Source of the DNA: Takakia lepidozioides
Lineage: Eukaryota > Plantae > Bryophyta
Direction of reading: 5' to 3'
DNA: 64,000 nucleotides
Assembly (NCBI GenBank): GCA_030704615.1
Contig: CM060731.1
Span: 22,320,001 to 22,384,000 of the forward strand
Below the pieces are notes generated by a model, which was not told the DNA's origin, ran no database searches, and saw only the letters and a list, made by a program, of their open reading frames with translations. Shown piece by piece: positions 12,469-25,000 of this stretch. The first letter of the stretch is position 1. Every line of letters starts with the position of its first letter. Both the position numbers and the translations under genes were made by a program.

Positions 12469-12659
12469 GAACTAAATCAACGATTTCGGACCGTTCTGTT
12501 TTTAGGTTTTGGCCGAGTTGAACATTCTCGCACACGTTTTCCTTTGCTCTCTCGCAGTTGTCTTCTCTCCGCAGGTACACGCGTTCCGTCTCTTGCCTGT
12601 GTTGGTTTTTGGACTACGAGGATTGCACTCGGTTTGGGGACTCTCGCAGATCCAAGGAG

Positions 12660-14560
12660 GCAGACCGGGCCTACAAACCCTGTGATCCCTCGCGCCTTCT
12701 TTGAACCACCCGAAGATGTTTGAATTTGGAAAGGGCAACGCTCCAAATCCGCCTCAGTGAGGCCCAAGCCTGCAACTGTTGCTCTCCCCAACATCAATGG
12801 TTGTGCTCCCAAATCCAACAAGACTCGCAGTGGCCTATACCTCCTCCCGACTGGGCCACTCAACTGAAATATTCCATCCTGATTGTCCACCAGAACTACT
12901 CCAAGAGTCATCATGCTGCGCTCAATGGTTAGCCTAGCTGGCAACTCCTGCAACCTTGCAGCTGCCGCTTGCCATGGCGCAGCCGTGGCTGACTTCACCC
13001 TCGAATCCAAGGCATCCATAGACTGCACCTTATCTGCTATCCCCGCAGATAGTGCCGATGCATCGCCACTATCACAAAGTCTAGTTGCTAGTCTGAACAC
13101 AGCAGCTGGCCGTATCCCCGGCATTGCAATGGTCATTGCAGAAAACTATGGAGGTTGGCAAACAACCGTAGTCGCCCCCAACAATGTACTAGCTACATCT
13201 TGCTTTGCAGCACCACCTACTGGCATTTCCCGAGCCACACCTACTCTCCCCAATGATACTCGTGGCTCTACCTATGACACACTTGGGCGAGCGGGTACCA
13301 TCGATGGCGTAGTTGGTACTGTCTCAGCCAATGTAAAGGACTGTGGAAGCCTTGTCTGATGACTTGCTTCCCCCCTTTGTGGATCAAAATCCACATTCGC
13401 TCCTCTTGGCTCAGGAGCAACCGTTGTTGTTCAAGTAACAGCAGCAACAGAGTCCAATATATGCAATGACCATGCAAGTGTGGCTCCACACATGAAGCTC
13501 GTACCAATCTGGTCTTCCCTAGGCATATGAGGTTGTGCAGGTGGGGCTTGAACCTCATGCCTTGGAGCTGGCGCAACATGAGTAGTGGCCATGACAGCAA
13601 GATGTTGCTCTAGCTGGGCAAGTCTATCCACCATGCCTTGGTCATGACCTTGACCTGTGCTCCTTGGTTTTGGTTACGACCTCCACCACGACCTCTACCT
13701 CCTCTACCTCTCTGGACTACATTGCCTCGTCCTCGGCCATCATTGTTCCCTTGGAACTGGCCTGGCCGTAGCTCCGGATGCAAGTCATAACAATGGGCCT
13801 CCTCATGTCCATACTTTTCACAATGCCCACGCTGTAGTTGTGTAGGTTGTGCCTGTGCCGGCCCTTTGTCTCTCTCTGGGCAATCCTTCTTGACATGGGG
13901 TCCTCCTTCTCCTCAGCTCCTTGTCCAGGATCCCATACCAGAACTGGGCTGTCTGAGCTTCTGTAAGCCTTTGGGTTACGTTTATCAAGCGCCTCATGCG
14001 AGTGTAAACCTCCCTCAAACTCTCGGTAGGTCTTCGTTCGAACTCTTGCAAGCTCCGTAACTTCTCTGTCATTATCCCTTGGTAGTTTGTCTTTAACTCC
14101 TCGAAGAACTCCACAACTGGGTTAAAGGCAGGCATAGGTGCTGGTGCTGCAGCAGGAGCTTGAATGGATTTCCCAGCTCCTGTACCACTTGTCCCACTAC
14201 TAGTGCTTACAGTTGGAGATGTTGGTGTAGCTGCTGGTGTCGCCGCTGCCCTTGTGCCTCTAGTCATGGAGACATAGTCAGGTGACCAATACTCTCGCCA
14301 CTCCTCAATCTCCATCTCATGTTCCCGCCTGAACTCATGGTAATCGTCCATTGGGCGGGCCCTCAAGGTGCTGAAACAACCCCTTCCACGCCATAAAATG
14401 CGTAAACAGTTGTGGATTGCACATCTGCTGCAAATCCCACCAACTATCAAACTCTTGTATGAAATCATCAAGCTCGATGGTGCCCACAGCTCCAGAGTAC
14501 CGACGTGGCCCCTTGGTAGCTCCATACATTTCCTCCATCGTGTCCCACAACAATGGCAAA
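12660..14560 (-). mobile_element. Degenerate Ty3/Gypsy gag-protease region (same family as 38335-39960)
   Basis: Gag-like ELDDFIQEFDSW / FERRPTESLREVYTRMRRLI, zinc-knuckle remnants, and aspartic protease LRVLLDLGAQPLMLG. 13205-13900 is a near-copy of 39100-39790. Confidence 0.85.
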
Positions 14561-14942
14561 AATATAACCACCAACCGACGAGGTTTTATGGTGACTTGTA
14601 TTATTATTATGTCATGCTCTCCGTATTGAAGGCTAAATTTTCTGCTCGAAAATATATCTCCAACGCACTTGGCTGTATTCCATTATGAAATATGTCATAG
14701 TGAGAACCAGACGAGGACGCCAGAGAAAACATAATGACGTAGTTGGACATGGTGCCACCCACGGATTCACAAGGTTTGGCCCTTCACTTGTCAAGGGAGT
14801 TTGCCACATTGCACCATGTGGCGAGCTTTCGTTTTGGCTATCGTAGCTCTAATAGCGACATCTGGGGTTTGTAGCCTCGGTAATACTCCCCCATTCCCAT
14901 TCCAATTACGTTCGATAATGGCCACCGGTTGACCCTGCTCGC

Positions 14943-15090
14943 GGCCCAATTTTATCCAAGTTTCGCAGGCCAACCAACCCCGCCGCTTGCCGGGTCCGCC
15001 CGGTGGCCATTATCTAGTACATAATCTGATACTAAACAAAAGAGAAAAAAAAACCAGGTTTGGCCTGCCAAACTTGGATAAAATTGGGCC
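14943..15090. repeat. 30-bp inverted repeat (MITE-like hairpin)
   Basis: ggcccaatttatccaagtttcgcaggccaa (14943-14972) is the reverse complement of 15060-15090, with 1-2 differences. Confidence 0.6.
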
Positions 15091-16261
15091 TGACAATACA
15101 CAAAAAACACAAAAAAAACAACTTGGGTAATTTTGGCCCTATCCGTCATACGTAACAGAAAAAAAACTGCTCCCAGGTGTTTCCCTTTCAATTGAAAAAG
15201 AAAAAGAAAAAAAGAAACATAAAAGGCAATTAAGAACAAAAAAAACCAGAGAAAAAACAAACCAGGTTTTGTCGAAAATTGAATAGATGGCTTGCGCTGA
15301 TCAGTTTCGCAACTTGTCTGTAGTCTAATTTCGTCAAAGCATCTTCAAAGAATCTTCTAGAGATATATAATATTATCTTGCAGAGTACAATCCAAATCCA
15401 TCAAAGCATCTTCTAAGGAATTCTAAGAATATATCAGGGATTCTCTTATCCTGGCATGAACCTTTGCCGCATGCTACCCAAACCTGGAAGGTGGACACTG
15501 GACCCCTTTAGGCCGTCCCACATCTCCTTGCAACCCACACCCACCACCCGGCAGCTTGTGCCCTTCCAACTCGGCTACATGTTGCTTGTGATTAGTTTGT
15601 GGATTAGTTTGTGGATTGGGTAAGTCGATCTTTTCCATCACCGCCTCCAGTGCTGCCCACATTGATGCAAAGATCAGCTCAAGTTAGCTGCTGCTGGGTG
15701 TCTTCAGCCCTAGCCCGCCAGCCCCCTTGGGCATTACCTCTATGATCTATCTTATGTCCATTTTTCACGCATCTCTCTGTGGCTCGACAGGGAGTAGTTG
15801 AAGGAAACAAAACTGTTGTACACATTTTGAGCAGCCATATACAACAGCAACACGAGCAATGTAGCTAGTCACACACTACGCAATCCGAGCGCCAGCTCAA
15901 GTCAAACTTGAGAAGTGCTTAGTCACCTCTCGAAACTCTGGAGATATCCCCTTTGAAATGGGACAACTTTATTATCAAGCATCATTTTCCTCCGTATATT
16001 GTTTCGGTATCCGTCCCTATTTCCATCATTCCATCCCACCCTTCTAGTACGAACCCAACCACCTTCCTGCATTTGCATATATGGAAGATAAATCTTATGA
16101 CGCTGATTACTTTCATCATCAAAAGACTGGCTTAGTGGGGTATCAGAGCAGGACCTAACACTCAAAACTTCCGCGGTACTCACACACGCACACACACAGT
16201 AGCTGCAGGCCAAAACTGGCCACTGCCTCTTGAGAGTTTTCATCACTGAAATGACCAGATG

Positions 16262-16361
16262 TAGAAAAAATAGCCTGAGAGAAAAGGCCTACAACTGACC
16301 CCAGTCAGCAATAGAAAAATAAGCCTGAGAGAAAAGGCCTACAACTGACCACAGTCAGCAA
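16262..16361. repeat. 50-bp tandem duplication spanning the cyclophilin stop codon
   Basis: Two copies of tagaaaaa..agcctgagagaaaaggcctacaactgacc(c/a)cagtcagcaa. Confidence 0.9.
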
Positions 16362-16855
16362 TAGTAACCTTTTGCCTGGTCGATCCACTTTGAGAACCAA
16401 CCTTCTCAATGTCTTTCACCACATTCATGCCCTCCACAACTTGTCCAAACACCACGGCTGCCATAAAGCCATGGGGTGGCCACAGTGCACAGGAAAAACT
16501 GAGACCCATTGGTGTTTTTCCCTGCGTTGGCCATGGACAAAATTCCAGCGCCCGTGTGCTTCTTGGTGAAGTTCTCATCTGCAAACTTTTCACCATAGAT
16601 CGACTCCCCGCCAGTGCCGTTACCCTTGGTGAAGTCACCTCCCTGGCACATGAACTCAGGGATCACGCGGTGAAACGAGGAGCCCTTGAAGTGGAGGGGC
16701 TTCCCTGAAGCACCCTTCCCCTTCTCCCCAGTGCAGAGGGCACGGAAGTTCTCGGCAGTCTTCGGGACTGTGTCAGCATACAACTCCATGATAATTTTCC
16801 CAGATGGCTTGCCGCCAATGTGGATGTCAAAAAATACACGGGGATTTGAAGCCAT
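16339..16855 (-). CDS. Cytosolic cyclophilin (peptidyl-prolyl isomerase, ROC/CYP18-19 type) with an apparent 2-nt frameshift near 16455-16462
   Basis: [10 protein letters not shown]...[16 protein letters not shown]...NGSQFF...TPWL, then VVFGQVVEG...IADCGQL* in another frame. The CDS is 517 nt versus 519 expected. A 5'UTR intron (~17233-16860) is present. Confidence 0.85.
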
Positions 16856-17432
16856 CGTGCTGCACATTGAAACAGTTGTGTCAGATAACCTTTCATCACA
16901 TTTCCAATACGTCCGGTTTGGGAGAAATAGGGTTAAAATGAAGGCTAGAATCCCCACACAACTAGGACAATTCTAACTTTCAGATCCTGTGCAGCCCAAT
17001 GCCCTTTCCTATCCATCTAGAATAGCCAATCGCATCAGCTAACTAACACCTCCTCCGAAGCATCAAGCGCCTTCCCAAGAAAATGAGCACCTTACTCTTC
17101 AATATTCACATTAACACAACCAGACTAGCGACTTCCCACCGTCCAGAACAAAAGAAACACTCGTAACAGACATCTAGAGCTAAGCAAAATCCGAAAAGGG
17201 CACAGATTGGCGCACAAGTTCGCAGACAGATACCTGAATCGTAGAGGCTGCGAACAGGAATCCGATCGCTGAAGAAATCACAAAGACAAGCCCGACGTCG
17301 TAAAGGATTGCGGCTTCAGACCAAGGGAGAGATGGAGGCAGGCTGCCTTCTTTTCAGCAGCGGTCGGGAGGTCGCACTTGCCAACCTTCGGCTTAGACCT
17401 GACCGTCGATCTCCATCCACCGCTGCGATCGT

Positions 17433-17441
17433 CTAGGGTTT
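17433..17441 (-). promoter_or_regulatory. Telo-box-like motif upstream of the cyclophilin
   Basis: ctagggttt (AAACCCTAG on minus) about 200 bp upstream of the 5'UTR intron donor. Confidence 0.4.
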
Positions 17442-18449
17442 TGTAGCTGACCCTACAGAGCGTATTTCAACGTATGCTTATCGTATATTCTTTAGTAGGT
17501 ACCAGCCAGATGTAGGTGGCACACAGGTATGTATGTAGGTGGGTAGGTACCAGAATACGTGTTTTTTTGGTATACATAAGAAGACCTCTCCATTTGTTTG
17601 ATTTATTTTCATTCATTCTCATTACATCCACTCCTGAGCAAATATTTATTTATTTATTTTATTCTATTTTTAAAAAAGGGAAAACATTGGGAGCGACAGC
17701 TCACAAATCAGGCCCCTTAATAGTGAGAGGAGAAAATAATAAAAAATTAAAAAAACCTCTTTCAAGTAACTGCTCCTTGAATGCGTAGAAATTGGACATC
17801 GCCCAAGGGAAGGGGGAGAAGAATATACCACTCCCATCAAGTAGCAGGATTTGACCTAGAATCGTCTGGGTGGCCCCGAGTGCACTAACCAACTCTATGA
17901 GCGGGTAGCATTCCCAATTCGTCATTGGGCCAGGGCCCCAGCCACGTGAGAACACCTAGAGTCACCACACTCGTGGTTTTCAGCCCATTTGGGCAGCTAA
18001 CCTGCCCTCCATTCTAAGTGGTCAACTAGGGCCAGGTTAGGGCGAGAAAATTCCGGCACCCCCATCTTGCGCATGGTGGCGCTCGTCTCCCAACACCCCC
18101 CTCCTAGGGAATAGCAAAAAGGCTGTGTTAAGCGGGACGCCATAAAAATGAGAGTTTTGGGCTGGCCTGGGCCGCTGCCCGGGGTCTAGACCATGGAACC
18201 AAGCCAGAGTCTGGGCCTGTGAGGACTGGACGTCCTGCGCCACCCCATCCATACAGGAACTCATGGCGAACAAATTTCGGCTGATGCCCGTCCTTTCCTG
18301 CTATCTCGGGGTTGCAGTGGCCCGGGCTTAGAAAGCCCGGGAAAGATTTGCTAGCCCTGGGTAAATATTCCGTGGACCCGGGAAAGATCTCTTTACCCTG
18401 GGATATGAAGACACCCAGAAATATTGCAGACGAATATTCCTTGACGCCC

Positions 18450-18925
18450 TTTAACCCTGGGTTACATAAGGCCAGTTTTCATCTGTCGACCATGTATTCT
18501 ACATCACGAATTTTCTAGGTTGTCTCGCGTACGAGAGCACTGCCTCTACGCCAAACAACAAAGGCGTCGTTTTTACTGAGCACACATCCGTTTTCCTTCC
18601 TGTTTGTTGGATCTCGTGTATCGTTAAATGTCTCTGCGAAACGAGGACAGACTCTCTTGAGGACTCCAAAGATACTTGAAAAATACCCCCAAGCAGTTCG
18701 GCAGAGGTTAAGGATTTCCCCTTGAAAGCACAGAACCATATCCCAACGTAGAAATACTGGAAGAGAAGGTTTAAAAACTCGCAGACCTGGGGCCTTGGGA
18801 AAACATACTTGTTGGTGGTCAACACCCATGGCCGATGAGCCCTCGGGTTGGGCTGAATGAGTACGCGTAGGAATAGAGTGGCACAGGATCCCGTTCAGGT
18901 CTAGAACAATTAGTTTTGACTTTTC
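18450..18925 (-). pseudogene. FCP1-homology/NIF (HAD superfamily) phosphatase-like domain, frameshifted
   Basis: KSKLIVLDLNGILCH (HAD motif I variant), YVFPRPQVCEFLNLLFQYFYVGIW, and a downstream VD..K.ALCNP remnant. Confidence 0.7.
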
Positions 18926-19881
18926 AATGAAAGGAGCTTTTGAAGGGGTGTCACGGGGTCTCACCTCAGTGGGTTGGGAGACAACAGTCACCCCGGAGGG
19001 CAAAGTTTCGGTCCATCTGCAGCCTGGATCAGGCAAACTACCACCCTCTCCCCTACAGCTTCCCCTTTTCCCCCATCATCAGCAATGACCCCCCCATCGT
19101 CCATGTAATCCCCACCAACTTGCTGGACCTCTCCCTCTTCAACGAGTGGACCCTGCCCCCCACTGTGAATATCATCAACAACAGGCTGGACCTCGGTCAC
19201 ATCCCTACCCACTACAATTACTTCCTCCTTGTCAGGTACAATGGTCGCAGCAGGGGGTCTTCTATAATGCCACCCATCACACCCCCTTTTTGCCCCATCA
19301 TGAGTTCCACTATCTTCTTCAGTTGTGCTTCTATTCCCATCTCCCGCTCCGCAGAGAGAGCCGCAAGCCTCTCCAGGGCCCCGATGCGGGCTGCCATTGA
19401 GTTCCCCGCCCCTCCCTACGCATACAAACACCCACCCGTACTGTTAAAAACCAGAAGAAGAGGCCGAATGTGCAGGATTTCAAGCATTCGGAGATGGCTG
19501 GGTTTGGCATAACACCCCTCGTGTACCATGCGTGGGGGCCCCATATACCCACCAAATCTTAGTACAACAACAGATTCATGAATGGAAACCGGACTTCAAA
19601 ACATACCTGGCTCAAAACAGACTCTGATGGGGTGCCAGTCGCAGCGTTCTTTTGCTCCGCCCCGAGCTCGACAGTGGCGGGCTCCGCGCTTTGCGTCTTT
19701 TCTGTATTTGCCCATCCACACACTGTCAGTACAAAATGCCAGGAGCATATGGACAAAGCACTGCCCTGCATATCACATAAACAACTAATTATGCACAAGG
19801 AATAAAACCCACTCGTGGGTGTCTCTTCCATCACAACATGCCACAACGTAAGAGCAATGAGAAGGGGGTGTGGGAGATTAC

Positions 19882-22018
19882 CAAACGGGCTGCTTGGCCT
19901 GCAACTCCTGCCCGGCCCCAACGCGAGGGGTTCGTGACACAAGCATGCGCTTGCTTCATCCCTTCGGCCTTTGCAAGTCCACGAGGGGACTCCCAGTAGG
20001 CAACAAGCTTATCCCAATAGGCGGGTTCAGTGTTCATTGGCCTCACACCAGTCTTCGCCCATTTATCTTTCAGTTTTGCTCTTTCTCCTTCATTATCTTC
20101 CCACATTGCTTGACTATAAAATCACGATTGGCAGGGATAGGTGTGTACTCGTACATTCCATTTATGCCCTCTATTACTGTTGACATGGCACTCTGGGACT
20201 GCTGGTCAATGTCTTGTACGCTTGAGTCAAGGTAACGCAATGCCAGGCCATGCAAATCACGCTGCCAGTGTTCCTTACCTTCGCAGCCAACATTGATGAC
20301 TCCATTTCCATGCACCTCCACCTTGTGGCGCTTTAGCCCTGCAGCCACCCTTCCCTCTCCATCTCCTTCCCATTGTTTCATGGCATGGCGTCGTTCCTTC
20401 CTCAGCTCCGATGACCGTTTCCTGCCCCCATGCTCTGGAGCAGCGCCGTCATATGTTGTGGGGGGTGACTGATGTGTGCCGGAGGGGGGAGGGCCGTATG
20501 GAGATGTGGGAGGCCCCCATTGTGACGTACCAGCATCAGGTAGCCAGCGCCACGACCCCGAAGCAGGGGGGGCTCCCCATGGTGCACTCTGTTGTGGAGA
20601 CCATCCGGAAGGGTGGGTGCCAAGGTTGGTGTTGGTTGGCATTGTATGGTGGCTGTGAGTGCTTTGCTGCAGCTTCACTCCCCTTCCGCTGCCAAAAACA
20701 TCCCACACACAAGGTGCATCAGCTGTAGTCCTACTGAACACAACGTCACCAGAGCACAAACCATCCCACAACCACAACCATAAACAGCAGACCTCAAACC
20801 CACTCCCCTGCAGCGCAAATGCCAAAAAATGAAAAGGAGAGGGACAGAATGTCCTCATAACATGTAAGGCCATTAATTGGTGAAGAAGCAGAATGTGGGC
20901 GGGTTCACATCAGTACCACATGAAACTTACCAGGAAACAGAACATCCATCCGGGTTTTCCACATATCCAGTGGACATCTATTCACACAATCATGTGCTGG
21001 CTGTATGTGCTTGCCCAGCAACGGAGCCCCAAAAGGCCTAAAGACTCTCAATGTTGGTAAACACAGGTGCAGACACAATTCAATTGATAGCTTGGATATC
21101 CGGTGGTTTGTCTGGTGATATCACCCCGGGCAGTGAATCAGACAAATGAATATTGTGTTTGTGGAGCCCACAGAACGGGCAATAGCACTCTCTCATCCCT
21201 CTCAGCTTCTGTTTGTTGTCCAAAGGTATGCTTCCTCACCAAATCCACAATTTCAGTCTGGTGCACACAGTGGGTAGACCCTTCAGATCATCCAGCACAA
21301 TCTAGAAACAGGTTCATGGATGTTTTATGCCTAACTTCTTTGTCATTACACAATTTTGTGGCAGCACACTTGGCTTTGGACACTACAGTCTCTAAGTCAC
21401 ATAGTTCCAGCAAGGTCAAGACTTGACGGTCCACATTCAGATCCTTGAGAGTCTCATCTAGTCTCTTCTGGCAGGACTTGGCCTGTTTGGCTGGGCGGTC
21501 CTATTTCCAAGATAGCAAATGCGTACTCCAAGGCAAGTCCAATGACGCGACAAAGCAAGGTTTTCTTGACCTCATAGTTAATCCCTCTGTACGAGAACAA
21601 TTTAGTGAGACTCGGCACTTTGCCCTTCCTGTTTGAACAACTTTATGGATATGTGCATCCCAGTTTTAGTTTGAGGAGAACTCAACGCCCAGAAAACATG
21701 AACACAAGTAGGGGTAGAACTCACCTCATGCGCAGCGGGCTTGTGCCGTTTGCGCACCTTTTGGAGAGACTCTGCAGATGGAGGTGCAATTTCCGCCAAA
21801 CTGTCCTCCACGTCATTGTCGTCGCCCATGCTATACTCGCTTGTGTCAGAATCCGAACTCGAAGACCGCCCACCGTGCCGCCTTCCCTCTCGCACCGAGG
21901 CCATCTTTTGCGGATTCAGTCGAGCCAGGCGGGGGCTCCTTCGTACCGCGGGGCTGGAATGTGCAGAAGTGGGAGGAGGTGATGCTCCCTCGGCGGTCGA
22001 GCGCTTCTTACTAGGCAT
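19882..22018 (-). pseudogene. Spliced En/Spm TnpA-like (Ptta/En/Spm plant transposase family) gene; exon 22018-21725, exon 20666-19882, further exons probable
   Basis: Exon 1 (MPSKKRS...RRSPRL...KVRKRHK, NLS-rich) ends at a phase-0 GT donor and joins in frame at AG 20667. RPMNTEPAYWDKLVAYWESPRGLAKAEGMKQAHACVTNPSRWGRAG matches the P..W..LV.YW.S...G pattern. Frameshift at ~20085. Confidence 0.65.
20790..21700 (-). mobile_element. 5'-truncated, internally deleted LINE copy in the intron of the TnpA-like gene
   Basis: Reverse-complement similarity to 46753-47900, e.g. 21400-21515 vs 47133-47260 and 21530-21665 vs 46765-46905. Confidence 0.85.
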
Positions 22019-25000
22019 GGACATAGACCATGACAAAGATGAAGACGAGCGAGGACATAGACCATGACCAAGACAAAGACGAGCGAGGAAGACCAAGACA
22101 TGCAAGGAGGAAAGAAGGACAAGGAGGGGAGTGTGATCACACACCCCCCCGATCTGTAGTGAAGATCCGGCCGTTGTTGATTTCAAATAGGAACACGTGT
22201 CATGCATCCGACACTATGGCTTTTTCGACTTTGAGACGTTTCAAAATAACCACTTACAATCCTCCAGACAACTAGATATAGTGATTCACACAACTGACAT
22301 GGATCCGTTCACTTTATTTCGTTCAAATTAGGCGAAGGAAATACACTGCAATGATGTCGTGTATGGCTCCGCTTTACATGCATTCTTGGAGAAAATGCGC
22401 ATGATGTGTGAGAAGTGAACACAGTGCTCTGCCAAATGATTCAGCAAAAACAAACTCAACTGTAGTGGTTCTCCCATCGCAAAGAAGGGTCCATTCGACA
22501 CCCATCGCACCATGCCAGGTTGAGGTCCTCACACACACACCTGCGCACCGAGAATTTGCGAACCCACATCAGCTGGGAGAACATGGAAATTACCCTGTGG
22601 ATCACATGCAAGCGTGAATGAGAAATGGAAGGAGAATTGCATGGGAGATTTTGGTGTACCTGCGTGACATGCAATTCTGTCTACATACTCCATAAGTCAC
22701 TGTCCCAAGACCCAAGTGGACAAGGGAGGCCAGTGAGAATCTGGACCTAGGGGAGAATGCAGACCATGAGGGTCTGAGGGAACCACAAAATCTACCAGAT
22801 ACGGCCGAACCAGTCTCTTTGGAAGGAGCAGTTACCTTTAATGAGGAAGACATTCCAGGGTTGGTAATTACCGCAAGGCAAATTGCAGATGTGGGCAGTG
22901 AAGGGGAAGATTCTTTGGATACGGATAGTGAGCCCAGCTGAATCTCAGTGTCCATTAAGCTGGCAACTCGTAGACGAGAGCTGTGCTAATGACTCTTACT
23001 GTCCTTAGAACCCATTTTGTACAGTCCTGCAAACGCGCAAGGGCGAGACAGTTAATAGTATCGATAATGTCCCGGAATGTGGTCCGTACTGTCTTGTGAA
23101 CAAACCTATATTTACAGTATGATTTTAGTTCAGAACCAAAGGGCATATCCTTCAGCCTTGACGTCTTTGCGATCTTCTTCTGTGACGCCTTCTTCATAAC
23201 TTGAGAAATGGAAAAGCAGCTACATCTCAAATTATTGCAAGGCCACTCAATGGCACTAAGAATGTTGCGTGGATACTTGGGAATTGATACCAGAAGGGCA
23301 TGCCCGTATGCGCGCTCCATCGTGCCTCCATCCAGCACATTCTGTAAATCTTGAATGACCAAGACCCCGATGTTACACCCTTCTGAGAAGCCACTACGCG
23401 CGCTCACTGTATACGAAGGCCTTGCCGTGTCAGGATTCACATTCCCACGTCCCGCCATGTCCGACGAAGCACTTGCATCCCTGTCTCTGCCAGGTGGAGG
23501 CAACACGTATTAAAATATCTATTCCCCCAAGGCCACATTTGGTTTACCTCTTTTTGTGAAAGTCACATCAGCAAATGTGCTCCCGAATCATGGGTGCAAT
23601 GAATGCGCAGTGGTTCATGGAGTCGTTGAGTCGACTACATATTCACTTTAATGAATAAATATTTTTATTCCATTAATCGAATTAGGAAAGGAAATTTGTA
23701 GTCGCATGTGCAGTAATTACAACCACTTGTAATTTTGGCTTTTTCAAATTTTATGTATTTACGCAATTCGTAAAATAGCCCGGAATTCTGCTACGACTCC
23801 GGAGTCGTTGACCCCACTTCTGTCCGCCGTCTGAAATGCCCCCGTGGGCCCACATTGTCTGTTTCGACTCTCCAGTAGTCCAGTTTACTACCAAGTGGTT
23901 CCCGGAGTGGTCGCGGACATACAGTCGATTCGGAAAAGACACGAATGCTTCTAGTGAGAGATGGGTGCGTACAACATACAACTTATTAGCACCCAGTCTT
24001 CAAGTAATCACTGAATTGCAGTGCCATGGTCCTACCCCGTCTCACAGTGGGTTTTAGGGCCACCACTTTCTGCAACTATTCCATCAGCACAACATCGAAT
24101 AGCTGCACCTTTGCCATGCAAATACTCTCTATAGCACATCCAAAATGTGATTATGAGGAGAAAACATTCTTCCCTTTGTTCAGCTTGTCCGATTTTGGCA
24201 AGACATCCCCCATCTAGCCACAGTCTCTGAAGTTTATGTCCAATCACCACTATACTACACGTCACTGTGCAATATGTACACCTTCCAAACTCACAGCATC
24301 ATGAACAGAGGATCTGCAGTGATGGTCAGTAGCCCTTGTTTCCTCGAATTTGCTTCGTCATATCCACCTGTCCCACAATCGCCTTGAAAATTCTCTGAGA
24401 AAGATTCTGCTTATAACACCTTCAGTTGTTGGTCTCTGATGAGAGGTGAAATGAGTTCTCTTTCAGTTTTGTCGAGGAATTCAATGCAATGCAACTCGTA
24501 GCAGCAATTATGTTAACCAAATACTCCTCGTTTCATAAGAGACAATTTACGAGATCCAACAAACAGGAAGGAAAACGGATGCTCAGTAAAAACGACGCCT
24601 TTGTTGTTTGGCGAGAGAGGCAGTGCTCTCGTACGCGAGACACCTAGAAAATACGCGATGTAGAATACATGGTCGACGGATGAAAACTGCCTTATGTAAA
24701 CCCAGGGTTAAAGGGGTCAAGGAATATCCGTCTGGAATATTTCTTGGGTGTCTTCATTTCTCAGGGTAAAGAATCTTTCCCTAGGGCTAGCGAATCTTTC
24801 TCGGGGTTTCTAAGCCCGGACCACTACAACCCCGGGACAGCATGAAAGGACGGGCAGCAGCCGAAATTTGTTCCCAATGAGTTCCCTGTATGGACTGGGG
24901 TGCAGGACGTCCAGTCCCAGGCCCGGACCTGGCTTGGTCCATGGTCTAGACCCCGGGCAGCGCCCCAGGCCAGCCCAAAACTCTCACTTTTATGGCGTCC

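Noticed and set aside
16136-16150. ggtatcagagc, similar to a tRNA-Met primer-binding site
   Set aside because: Lies in the cyclophilin 3' region with no adjacent LTR; probably chance.
17830-17910. Minus-strand A-box/B-box-like sequence (possible SINE head)
   Set aside because: Boxes are degenerate and no TSD was found.
18940-19512. 190-aa plus-strand ORF
   Set aside because: Antisense shadow of the GC-rich minus-strand exon.
22955-23506. 183-aa minus-strand ORF
   Set aside because: No recognisable motifs; the opposite strand carries the more interpretable MTase-like motifs.
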